The notes beneath the pieces are model-generated. The model saw nothing but the letters and a program-made list of their open reading frames with translations. It was not told the DNA's origin and searched no databases. Source: Magallana gigas (Eukaryota). Taken from it: a stretch of 64,000 bases of DNA. Below, piece by piece: positions 41,214 to 53,400 of the stretch (position 1 is the stretch's first letter; the number at the start of each line of letters is the position of its first letter). The stretch covers positions 25,234,001-25,298,000 of the forward strand of contig NC_088854.1 of NCBI RefSeq assembly GCF_963853765.1, in the 5' to 3' direction. Made by a program: the position numbers and the translations under genes.

Positions 41214-42113
41214 ACCCCAACTCCTCTAAGTATTATCCAGAAAGAATTTTATCTGGGGCAAATGTCAGGACCATTTTAAAATCCGCCTATGGCTTATTTA
41301 AGGTGTAACCCAGTATGTTGGCTACCAAAGAAAGATGGTGTCAGGAGGCTTATAACAAATCTATCAGCACCCGTTGGTATTAGTGTCAACAGCAGTATTG
41401 AGCATGAATTATGTTTCGTTTCGTTTCCTTCTTTCGATCAAGCAATACAAATAATATTGCCTCAGGGTAAGAACTCTAAACTTTACAAAATGGATTTGTT
41501 CAGCGCCTTCCGACTTATACCAATCCATCCTTCAGACGTCTGTTTGTTAGGCATATGATGACATATCTATTGAACTTAAAAAAACTTACGTACTAAATGC
41601 AAAAAAGGTTCCTTTGAAAAAAATGCAGTCTATTATAGGTTCTCTTAATTTTTTTGGTAAAGCACTCCCCGGTAGTAGAGCATTCAACAGCAGATTCTAC
41701 AACGCAACAATAGGTATTAATAAAAAAAAAAAAGCCTCACCATTTCATAAAAACACACATCCCATGTTTGTGTGTGGTTAGATTTCCTGGAAAATTTTAA
41801 TAGTAAAAGTCCATTTCCAGAATTAATTTGGTCCAACAATGCTACTTTACAACTTTTCACCGACAGTTGCGGCTCCTGCGGTGGAGGGGCATTTTTAACA
41901 ATCATTGGACTGTTTTAGTAAGGCCTAGTATATGGGACCTAGAGTTGCGCAGAGACATTACCTACTTAGAACTCAAACCTATCCTTGTAGCCAAATAATT
42001 ATTGATAAATACTGACAACATGGCCTTAGTCTACAATGTCAACTCCAAGTCAAGTAAGACTGAGAGGGTTACGTCCTTGATTAGGCCTCTTGTGCTCATT
42101 TGTTTAGAACCTT

Positions 42114-44527
42114 TTTAACAAGACCTTGGACTTTCAGTAGGATGTAACGATCCATTTCTTGCGTCAAAACGAGTTAAAATGGCGCTGGTTTCAAGTGAGA
42201 TATACACCGATTGCGTAGTCTTCACTCAAAAGCCAAACAAATCCCGTTGATTTCAAAGAGCCATGGCTGAGTGGCCTACAATGAAATAGACAGGACTACG
42301 TCACATTGCTGATTGATACTACCTAAAGTCTAAGCTCTTGTTAAAATAGTTCTAAGGTGTGATATCCCTCTGCTATTAATTTCACCATATATTCTTTAAA
42401 ATGTTTCATATTGATTTTCATCAAAGTCAGTATCAATAAATTCAGATGAAACAAAATTGAAGTGATGAAGCGCTGCTAGATTTTTCAATGTGTCAAATCA
42501 TGATATGAAAAAAAGTAGACAGTGATTAAAAAAAGCAAAATTTTACTACCGCAGCATAAAATTAAAGATATTGAATTTATATGAAAATCTTCCTTTGTTA
42601 AATACATTCAATTCATATTACAAAACATAGTGAAGCGCTGCTTTTTAGCTCAGAATAGCAATTTGTTGTATAGGTTTGTATCAAAAGTTGCTTCAGTCAG
42701 CAAGAGTTACCTTTCTTTATCATAGACTATTGAAGGTATAACATACATGTTTTACATACAGTACATGATAAATTGCCACAGTTTCTAATTTTTCAGAAAA
42801 GATTTTCTGCTTTAAAATTTTGATAACTTGATATTAAAAGGATCCATATCATTATGTTTTAGAAATGCTAAAAATGTAAATCAGGCCATTATGTTATAAC
42901 ATAAAAGGAGATCAAATGAATAGTCTTCCAGTAATTGGTATTATCTCAATATAGTGATATATTGTCTTGAATAAAATGTGACATTGGTTTTTAAATTTCG
43001 TTTTCCCATATTTGCTCTCTCAGAATAGAAAACCCTATGTTCAGTTTTAAGGAAGGAGTCTTTAAGTTTTCTGATTTTCGACTTGTCAAACGTATATTTG
43101 ATTAATTATTAATTAAATCAAGATGAAAGGAAATTAAAATAGTATAATTATTTTCTTTCTTTTTTTATTATCATACACCTTGGCGTAAAAAAAGTAGTCA
43201 TTATTTAGCATCTAACAAGGTCTATATTTTTGGCGTAATATTGACGTACGAAAATGTCACATGTTTCGCAATAAAGAGATTCTGCAGATTAATTAGCCTG
43301 TTTTAGCATTTTAAAAACAATAACATTAATGTTAAATTTTTATGACTAATGTGAACTAATGATATGATACTTGTGTTTAAGAATATGTTTTTAAAATATG
43401 ATTTGCCTATCAAATTACATTTTTACAAGCTTTTTAAAGCGCCCATTCTATACATTGATTTTTGTGAAAAGATCACTAAAATCAGTTTTTCTCTCTTATT
43501 AAATGGTCAATATATTAGCTTTTCTGTCAATTTATATCTTTATATAAAGTCTTCATTATACATAAAAATCAAAAATATTTTATCATTAGAAGCATAAAAA
43601 AAAATAATCAAAATTTCTTCAAAATTTAAGAAAATTAAAGGAAATGCGGGCTAGGCAATATCAATTTTAGTTTAAACATTTATTTGAATTTAGTAGTATA
43701 AGCTGATAGACGTTTTGATATTCTATCATTTCATTGAAGAATAGAATCTTTAAAACTGAAACAGAATTACAAAGAGCTATACTCTTATTTTTATCATCCT
43801 TAACGTTGAGGAAAAAGGTGACCTTGACCTGACCTTTATGCGAAAACAAAAAGGTCAAATTTGATTAAACATTTGGTAATATGATCTGTTTGAAAATGGT
43901 TTCAAAATTTCATGAATTTCTTATCATAAGAAGTATGTTTGATAACGAGAAGACTCCTTCCTTAAACAAATAAAATGTTATAAAACTTAGTTTTAAATTA
44001 TGATATGTTACTATAAGTCTAGAGTTCGCAATTGTCTTGATCACACTCTTCCCAATTATAATCCATTCACCTTTGTGAACGAGCTATAAATAGAGATATA
44101 AAACTTTTACATCCAAAAATTCTCTGGCCCAAAACATCAAATGTGTACTGTTCATGTACTGAACTAGTACATAAAATTAAGTTACATGTATATTTTTTAA
44201 AGGAATTAATCCATCGGGGGGAGTGGGGATATACATGTACATTTTGTAGATATTGCTCATACAAATTTGATCAATTTGATTCGCTTCTTGCAATTTTTTG
44301 TAGAGGCTTTCTTTACTTTTGCCCCCTGCTAAAAGTTGGAGTACAGTTCGTTCCATTAAATTTTTTTTTTATATTTGGATTTGATTAAATATCGCCTTCA
44401 AAACATGAATTATGGTCCATCACCGCCTCCCTTGTTGCTACATGCCTTAATAATTGTGAGTGCAGAGAAACAAATTGAGATTTTTTTCTACAGGAGTTAT
44501 CTCTCTAATCAGAGGAATATTCCACCT
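42114..44527. mobile_element. Nested block of repeat insertions splitting the RNase H domain
   Basis: The RNase H frame breaks after RPLVLICLE (~42110) and resumes at ~44528. The left edge TTAACAAGACCTTGGACTTTC recurs at ~2957. The right edge ...ATTCCACC|TTAA resembles the GGTGG-terminal MITE ends. Confidence 0.6.
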
Positions 44528-45431
44528 TAAAGCAAATCCAAATCAAAGGTACCGACATTAGAGGATATAAAAACTCGATAGCAGATCTAGACTCAATTTC
44601 TCGGTTTCAGTGGCAGAGGTTTAGGACTCTAGCTCCACATGCGGAACCTTTTCCGACCTAGATACCTTCTGCATTATTGACTCGCTTAGGCCTCATCTAG
44701 ACCATATCTTATCCGCTGCTGTCTCGCACAATACTGCCTTAAATTATCAGAAAGGACTCGATTCATTTTGCGCTTTTAGAAGTAAACACTGGCTCCCGCG
44801 CTATGGCCACCTTCGCCTCATGAGATTATTAATATTATAGCATACTTTTCTGCAAACTCGTGCTCTCATTCCACCGGCCGGTGTTATTTGAGAGCAATCA
44901 GTTATCAGTTGCAAATTCAAGGTAAACAAGACACCACTAAGGCATTAATTAGTAAGAAACTATTAGAAAGGATACATATATTAAATCCATCGAATAATGT
45001 CCGCTCCCCTAGCTTTAACTCTTCCTCTGTTAAGTCAGATAACGTCAATATTACTACATGTGTGCAGAAATTCATACGAAGTCGTGTTGCATTTCATGCA
45101 ATTAACATTTTTCGCCTTATTACGGGTCAGCGAGCTTACTGTTACAAGCAAAAACATCTACTCCTCTTTCCTTTAGCGATATTTCCATTTCGGAATTCAT
45201 AATAACGGTCACAAAACGCAGTTCCAAAACTGATCAACACTTCGCGGACTCTACAATTCATATTGACTTCAATGCAGACACATCTAATTTAATTCAATCA
45301 ATCTTGCAATAATTTACAATTAGACCATCTATTCAAGGCCCTCTTTTTGCCATATCAATTCAAAACCTCTCACTTCCTACCAATTTACGTCAGTTTTACA
45401 CAAAGCAATTAAATTCTTGGGTTCAGACACC

Positions 45432-46380
45432 GGTTTGTTCCCATTTTGTCTTAACTGTAAAAGTTGGTATTCCCATTTCGTCTAAGTAGGCTTTAAGGTG
45501 AATTAAGGCGAAGTCGGAGCTTGTATAAACATATAAATGGGTAAATAATATTTGTTATTTAAATTTGTTTGTTCTGAATAAAGTATAAAGAAGTTTGTAA
45601 AAATGTACTGCAGAAAGCACTGATATAAATATGTGAAAAGTTTTATTGTTCAAAATACCGGTATTTATCATTCACATGATTTGCTAAAATTGATCAACAA
45701 TGGTATAAACATTTTGATATTTTAGTATAAGCAAGCTGATCAACAATAAGCAATTTTAGGATAATTTGAATTCTTCTCACATCCTTTTCTACATCCTTGT
45801 ATGTCCGGATATCATCCTCTCTCTATATCCTCCTCATTGTTTACTTTGACTTGTACATTACACCATTTCTGTGAACTAATACCAATACTATTACTTCATA
45901 ATCCTCTTAGGAGGGAAACAAAGAATGAATGAATGAAGAATTGATATAGCTCCACAATAAGAATGATCTATACAAATCGGCTATGAATTTTGGATAAAAA
46001 AAATTGATGAAAATAAAAGACATACACTACAGTCATCATAAAGATGAAAAGATACTTTTTAAAAAAATGTTTTTACATTTAAATCGCTGTATTCGTGAAG
46101 TAAATTCAATTTTACTACAAGTGAGTTCAATTTTTGGCTTATTATTGTAATATTAAATTTCAAAATGAATCTTTTACATGTACTTTCTTACATTTTTTTT
46201 ATATTCCACATTATATTGATTTTTCTTCATTTTTCCAATATCATTATTTTTATCTGTGTAATTATTTATTATCAAAACATCTCAATATCTGTTTTTACAG
46301 TTGTTTTATAAAGAAATTCCCATTTCGCCTTTCTGCTTTTATACCTGTACTTCACAGTTAAGACGAAAAGGTAACACACC
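45432..46380. mobile_element. TIR element with an 8-bp target-site duplication (Merlin- or hAT-like) splitting the YR ORF
   Basis: 27-bp imperfect TIRs GGTTTGTTCCCATTTTGTCTTAACTGT / GGTGTGTTACCTTTTCGTCTTAACTGT. TSD CAGACACC (45424-45431) and TAGACACC (46381-46388). YR reads FLG | LDTSTFKSHSFRIG across it. Confidence 0.8.
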
Positions 46381-47363
46381 TAGACACCTCCACATTTAAG
46401 TCCCATTCGTTCCGCATCGGTTGCGCAACTCATTTGCATTCTAGTGTTCTACTGGTGTACCGGTAGAGGAAATAAAAGCTAATTTTAAAGGAATTAAAGA
46501 AGATGGAAATCGAACGCAATGTATTCGTGGAAATCGAAAGCAATATACTCGTACATTCGCATTTGATTACGTACTCGATTACTCATTTGCAGATTAAATC
46601 TAATGATAGGTTCATTTAATAAGATATTCATTTTGTTTTGTTATTAATAATTAGCAGGATTTAAGGTCATACGTCAGTGTGGATAGTTGGAAGTTCCATA
46701 ATACGTAATGCATCAGAACATGCCATTGAGAACTACGGTAACCACCACATCAGCCCTTAAAAGTTAAAATATTGCTGTCAGATGGATCGTCAAAGAAGGC
46801 AAGATCTGGGAGGTCCTTGAACCCTTCTGCATAACATGGTCGGCAAGTTTGGTCAACCAGGCGTAATCGTAGTGCATTGTGGTGGAAATTCTGTAGTATA
46901 GCTTCGATGTCTTTGCGTCGACTTCAACAATTTATGAAACTTACCATCTCCAACATGCAAGCTCATTTTCCTACATGAAAAATTTTTTGGTCGCAGATTT
47001 TACCAAGAAATTACTATAGACATTCATATTCACACATTGCTGCAGAACGAGCCCGAAAACGTATTTATAGTTCATTATCAACCTTAAGCTTCATTATGTC
47101 AAAGGGGTGAGGGGTACATTCATTACCCAGTTCTTGGTTGTTGCTCGCTGAAACTGTAGAGGGATGGAATCTATTTGTCCGACATTGGACAATTCATATT
47201 TTTGAATACAATGCAGGCTGGTTTGTCCAAAATCATCACTAAAACATTTTTGCTATCCTACTCGATAATGTGTGTATGAACCCCGGCAGTTTCGTCTTGG
47301 TTTAGGCAAAATTTTCCGCTTGTGGCGGATGTTTTCCTTCAATCAGCAAGCTTTATAAAGCCG

Positions 47364-47428
47364 ATGACACGAACATGCCTTCATAACTTTAAGATGCCGT
47401 ATCGGTCATAAGTAAATGTCAGTAGAAA
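47364..47428 (+). promoter_or_regulatory. Conserved proximal upstream motifs of the FAXC-like paralogues
   Basis: ATGACACGA (47364, 57165, 61790) and AAATG(T/G)CAGTAGAAA (~47414, ~57208, ~61838) are kept 45-100 bp upstream of all three start codons. TCAGT is Inr-like (inference). Confidence 0.4.
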
Positions 47429-47462
47429 GACAGTGACGAAACGTGATATATGATCATTCGAA

Positions 47463-50400
47463 ATGGAAGCTATTCAAAACTTCTTGAAAACTCAGTATAA
47501 GGAGGTGAGCATTGCTGCATTGTGCATTGTGGGGGCAGTTTTGGTAATCAAACGGCTGAAGAAACGAGAAAAGTAAGTAAGAATTGAGAGAATTCACGTA
47601 AGGTTTTTTTTGTATTTATTCTAACAATTTTATGCCTCCTTGTAACGTGTCTATGTTTTTACTAGCTACATGTATGCGTTACTAGCTAAATATTTCTATA
47701 TTTCAAATAATGACGATTTGCACATTACAAAGGGTAGATTATATATGGTTTTGTTTAATTTTAAATTTCGAAAAAAAACTAACGTATTACAGTGCGTTAC
47801 TTGCGACCAAAATAGATTTTCTACTTTTTCGTAAGAAATACAAAAAAATTCGTTTAAAAAATTAAGGGCATATATCCATCTTTGAACAACGCAATCTTGC
47901 TTAAGATATGATAATCTAACGATCCATAAAATAAAATTTTGGTGTAGCATTCCACCTTAAGTTCATAAAATGGGACGTCAACGTATTTCTTTGGTACCTG
48001 ATACTGATGATATCGGAATTTTTCTTTGTTAGTCAACGGAAATTGGTGGACAGTTTTCATCATAAAATCCTCTATTTTCATCACAGTCTTCACAAAACAA
48101 GGACGATGTGTATGTTAGAGGTTTTGATAAGGTTATTGATATAAATTAAACATAGCTGATATAAAGTTTTATGGGACACAACTTGAAGATTTGTTGTTCC
48201 TGCACGTACTTGCAGCCTACGTGTCGTAGTGAATTAAAAGGACCGTAATATCTAGAAAAAATATTTATCCTATCACGAATTTAAAAATGATAATTAAGTA
48301 CATGTACTTTAATATAGGGAATAATAAAAGATTTGTGAAAACAAATTTCTCATTTAGAACTGATATAATTAAAATAAAAAAAAGAAATCTTATCATATTT
48401 TTACAAGGAAGAATTATCCGCCGAACACCATCATTCACCATCAGGTGGGCCGGGGACCTTATGCTCCAAGTCAATCGCCGTTTGCCGTGAAGCTGGAGAC
48501 CTATTTACGGATGGCAAAAGTCCCATTTATGGTAGAGTCATGATGTAAATTTTGAATTATCTGGATGGGTGTAAATACAAAATTTACAACATGACAGTAG
48601 TATCCTAAATATTCCACATCACATATGGTTAGAAAATTCTACTGCTACCGATAATTAAAAGGTTAAAATTTTGTATAATTTAAGCATGAAAAGGTTCTAG
48701 ATAGGTTTTTAATATCTATTACATTTTAAGCTCAGTCGATGTCTTGACATACAGACTTAACGATGATGAATTTAGCAAGCCAAATGATGTATGTGTGACC
48801 GCGTAGATTTGCACGGTGCTAGGGAATTTTTCTGGATCTGCATCGGTCGTGTGCAGTACGAACCGGGTGAGAGAATGTTGGCGTAAAGGGTATAAGGTGT
48901 AGGCGCGCTGTGGGCCGTAGGATAATAACGAAGGGTAGGTTTGCCGTATTCCCAAAGGTCCACCAGTATACAGTTCCAGAGAAATAAACCAAGTGATGAA
49001 GGATTCCGTATTAATTGGCCGAGATTCAACGATGGCAACATTAAAACATTTTAACAGACAGACATTTTACAAACAAGTTGGATATGGCCAGTAGTGGCCT
49101 CCGGACTCAAGACTCTGGGTGAGTCGTTCGTGGCCGAGGCTGGCCGCCGTATTCCAGACTGCCGATTGACAATTGTACATAATTATTTATAAGAATCTGA
49201 ACAATGAGTATAATTTGACAGGTGATGACATAAGTAAGCTGAGTGAAAGGTTCACATATATACAATAATTAAATAAACTCAATGAGTCTTTGATGTCCAA
49301 GACATGAAAAACTGATAATTGCACAATGTTGTTTTAAGAGATTAACAGTCCTTGAGACATGGCACTCCGTCTCTTTGAAATCACATATAGAGTCCGAAAA
49401 GTGTCAATCACTTAATAAATAAGTAACTTTGTAAGAAATAAACTGTGAGAAAATATTACGAAACAGATGTTGAATTTTAAAAGAAAAGTCCAAAATAAAG
49501 TAATAATTAAACAGTGAATTTTGCACGGTGATATATGTCCCAATATTTAACAACAATACTTGTTTTTGTTGCTTGAAAAACAAAAACGTTCTTTTTTTAA
49601 AATTACGTTTTAGACAAAACAAAATGCAAACAAAATGCAAAAATGTATACACACGTCTTCTTTGGTTAAAGGGTTGGAATAATAATAATTTATTAGGAGG
49701 ATTATTGATTTCTTATTAAAACATTTTTCTCAAGTCATAAACTTGCTTATATTCGTTGTATCTGTACTATCACCGGGGAAAATAAGGTGTTTCTATTTAT
49801 CCGGCGACAATAAGACTAAAATGCTTTAGATGGTAAAAAGCACTTTATTTGAACTTTAGGTCGGTATGGGTGATTTCTGGGAATCCAAAAACTACACCCG
49901 AACAGTCCGAAACCTAATTCCTCTCTTTCGTCAATGGTTTATAACACAATATAAATAAGAATTGAAAACAATACAAATAAGCACTTAAGCACGAGTGACA
50001 TATGTCATAGAGTAAAACTTCAATATGAGTGAGTCAATTAAATCAAAGGTGAGGTGTAAGAGTTAATAACATAATTAAGCAATTAAAACTGACGTGAATT
50101 ATTGTCCTGTACAAAGGGAAAGGTATATTTATGAATAGATAACAGTTACTCAAATTTCACTCCATGATAATATTCTCCACCAATTGTGACCGTGTAGATT
50201 TTACGGTACTAGGGAAATTCTTCTGGATCTGCATCCGTCGTGTGCAGTACGGACGGGGTGAGGGAATGTTGGCGTAAAAGTAACAAGTTATATGGTTGAG
50301 GCGCGCTGTGGGCCGTAAGTTAAAAACGAAGGTATGTATGCCGTATTCCCAAGGGTCCACCAATATGCAATTCCAGAGAAGTAAAACCAAGTGATGAAGG

Positions 50401-53400
50401 ATTCCGTATTTATTATCAATCGAATTTAAAAGATGAACAATAACAAACAAATAAGCGACACAGACGGAAGTGGCCGGTAATGCGTCAGGCCTCCGAACTG
50501 AAGATTGACAAATACAATTCAGTATATATAAGAATCTAAACAATGAGTAAAAGTGACAATTTGATGACATCAAATGAATTGAGTGAAAGATTCACAGGTA
50601 TTAGGTAATTAGATTAACTCAATGAGTCTTTGATGGCCAAGACATGAAAGGCATATAATTACGCAATGTTGTTTCAAGAGATCAGCAGTTCTTAGGAGAA
50701 ACATCTGTCTGATTTGTAATAACAATTAAATAAAGAGTCTGCCGAGTGTCAATGGCTGATTCACTTTGTAAACATTAAATTCTAAGAATATATGACAAAA
50801 TAAATGTTGTATTTGAAAAGTGAAGTCCGAAATAAAGATAATTATAGAACAGTCAATTTTGCACTGTGAAAAATAAGGTGTTTCTATATATCCGGCGACA
50901 AAAAGACTAAAATGCTCTAGATGTTAAAAAGCACTTTATTTGAACTTTAGGTCGGTATGGGTGATTTCTGGGAATCCAAAAACTACACCCGAACAATCCG
51001 AAACCTAATTCCTCTCTTTCGTCAATGGTTTATAACACAATATAAATAAGAATTGAAAACAATAGAAATAAGCACTTAAGCACGAGTGACATATGTCATA
51101 GAGTAAAACTTCAATATGAGTGAGTCAATTAAATCAAAGGTGAGGTGTAAGAGTTAATAACATAATTAAGCAATTAAAACTGACGTGAATTATTGTCCTG
51201 TACAAAGGGAAAGGTATATTTATGAATAGATAACAGTTACTCAAATTTCACTCCATGATAGTACTATGAAAACATACAAAATCAGAATTTGTAAATTGGT
51301 ATTTTACACCTTAACTCTACCCTCTTACTAACCCACTGCTCATACCAGGTTTTTTCTTCGAAAATCATTCAGTTTGGAAACACAATGTAAACCTGACTTT
51401 CATAATATACTAGTATCTAGTTGGGGTATTTATTGACTAAAAACGAGATTTTTTATTTCTGTTTAAAGAATGAACACGATAGTGCGACCAACAGAAGTTC
51501 TAATTTATATTTCCGTTTCCAGAATGAACATGATAGTGAGACCAACAGAAGTTCTAAAGGTAAATTTACCTGGATAGAATACAATGGACAAGAGGTAGCA
51601 GACTCGGAATTCTGTATCCAGTTTATAAACAAAACATTCTGCATTGATCTAGACAAGAACTTCTCTGGTGAGGAAATCGCGGCAGGTAGAGCCATTCAAA
51701 GGATGGTAGATGAACATCTATATTGGTAAGTACTAAAGGCGAATATGTATTAGAACATGAAAAACGAGACCTGTTTTGAATATGTGTGAGCCTTTGAAAA
51801 AGAGAGGTTGAGAGATTTCATCAAATACATTCCCATTTTTATATTAAAAGTAAGGTGCGTTTTACCTGTTAAAAGCGAAATCTAAGTCACTAATGTACTA
51901 ATAATATTGGGGTAAATTTGCAAAGACAAGATTGGACAAGAGTTTTGAAGAATCCAAGAGATATAATGAATATCACTGTTTGCCATAGTATAATGGAATA
52001 TGGTATTCTTATCTATCAAATATTTGTTTAAATAGGACATTGGGTCTACAACGCTGGGTGTTTGACCCGAAGAACGGAATTAACTCCGGAAGAAAACGCC
52101 TGGGCGTGCCGTGGCTCGTGTTTCTTTTAGTCCGAAACAACATAAAGAAACAGACTTATGCACAGGGGGTAGGCAGACACACCGAGGAAGAGGTGATGCA
52201 AGTGATGGAAGAGGATCTACAGACCCTGTCAAAGCTCCTAGGTATCATCATTTAGATCTACAGAGAAAAGTTGTGGGATTGCATATTTTTTTCGTTGAAT
52301 TATGAGGAAATTTTAAAAAGGAACTAATTAGTATTATTATATCACCAAAGATATTTACGGATTACATGTTAGATTTTTTTATTGCCATTTATAGTTGAAT
52401 TTCAATACTAAAATAGGAGAACTAATTATTAAAAACTCCATGGTGACGTAGATCTTGAAGCGTCATAATTTTGCGGTATCTTTAAATAATTAAAAATTCT
52501 TAATTAAGTACGCACTAAACACAAATCACTATCACTATCACTATCACTGGTGTTACTGCCTGAAACAGTTTTTTTAAAGAACAAAATTTGACATCATATC
52601 CTGTAGTAATTTCATGAATTTCAAAACGCACACTGAATATTTTATCCTTTATTGTTATTCACAGCGCTATTGATGCTGACAGGATTGAAATCTACGCGAT
52701 AAATCGAAACTTTAATCGGTCGAAACCTTCAACATATATATCACAGACTGCACGAAAAAATAATGATAATGATTAAAACACTGCTATGATGTCATTAACA
52801 TCTTATGTACTGATGTACAATTATAATATAAATATACTTTTTCCCAAGAAGAAAAGAAAATATATCTTTGATGATTTATGCCGTTTATTTTTGGTAGCGA
52901 TCTGTAACAAATTTAACTTTAACTTTAGTAACTGTTTATGCGGGTTATGTTTTTTTTTTTTTTTTTTTTTTTTGCAATGTCGCAAGTACAAGAAACACGA
53001 GCCATTTAAACATAATATGTTATAAATAAATATTTATATTTCCCAGTGTCTTTGCCTGTGATAACACTACGTATCGATTTTGTACTATATAACCCATAAT
53101 ACAAATGACGCCAAATTGAGGCGCCAGCGGGGTTTGCTTACTTATATTTTTAATATTTAATCATACGATGGCTTAAAATTATATAAATATAAGTAATAAG
53201 GATTCATTCTTTGAATATTATGAGGTGGTAATTTCGGTCGGGGCGTGATCAAATCTATCATAAAGCCCTTTATTGGATTTGATAACACCCGGACCAAAAT
53301 TATCACCTCATGATACTCAAAGAATGATTCTTTATTCGTTATATATACAAAAACATGATGGATTTTAGTTACGAGTATAGTATTACATTTTTAAAAGAAA

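Larger units (their letters stand above)
39000..47340 (+). mobile_element. Decayed Ngaro/DIRS-order tyrosine-recombinase retrotransposon (gag, RT, RNase H, YR, SGNH hydrolase); outer ends approximate
   Basis: gag-like 39403-40540 (KYMQTIR...WIEYDKQFR; CYDYN...C..H..C knuckle). RT ~40600-41560 (GQMSGPF, CNPVCWLPKKDG.RRLITNLSAP, KMDLFSAFRLIPIHP). RNase H 41570-42110 plus 44530-44670 (FTDSCG; SRFQWQRFRTLAP). YR 44680-45430 plus 46381-46565 (KTDQ, KSHSFRIG, RWKSNA, YSYIR). SGNH 46670-47250 (VWIVGSSII, VHCGGN, DGIYLSDIG). Many stops and frameshifts. Confidence 0.85.

Noticed and set aside
39000-47340. Split direct repeats or inverted terminal repeats of the YR retrotransposon
   Set aside because: No matching terminal repeats could be seen by eye. 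The Ngaro call rests on domain order and the SGNH ORF only.
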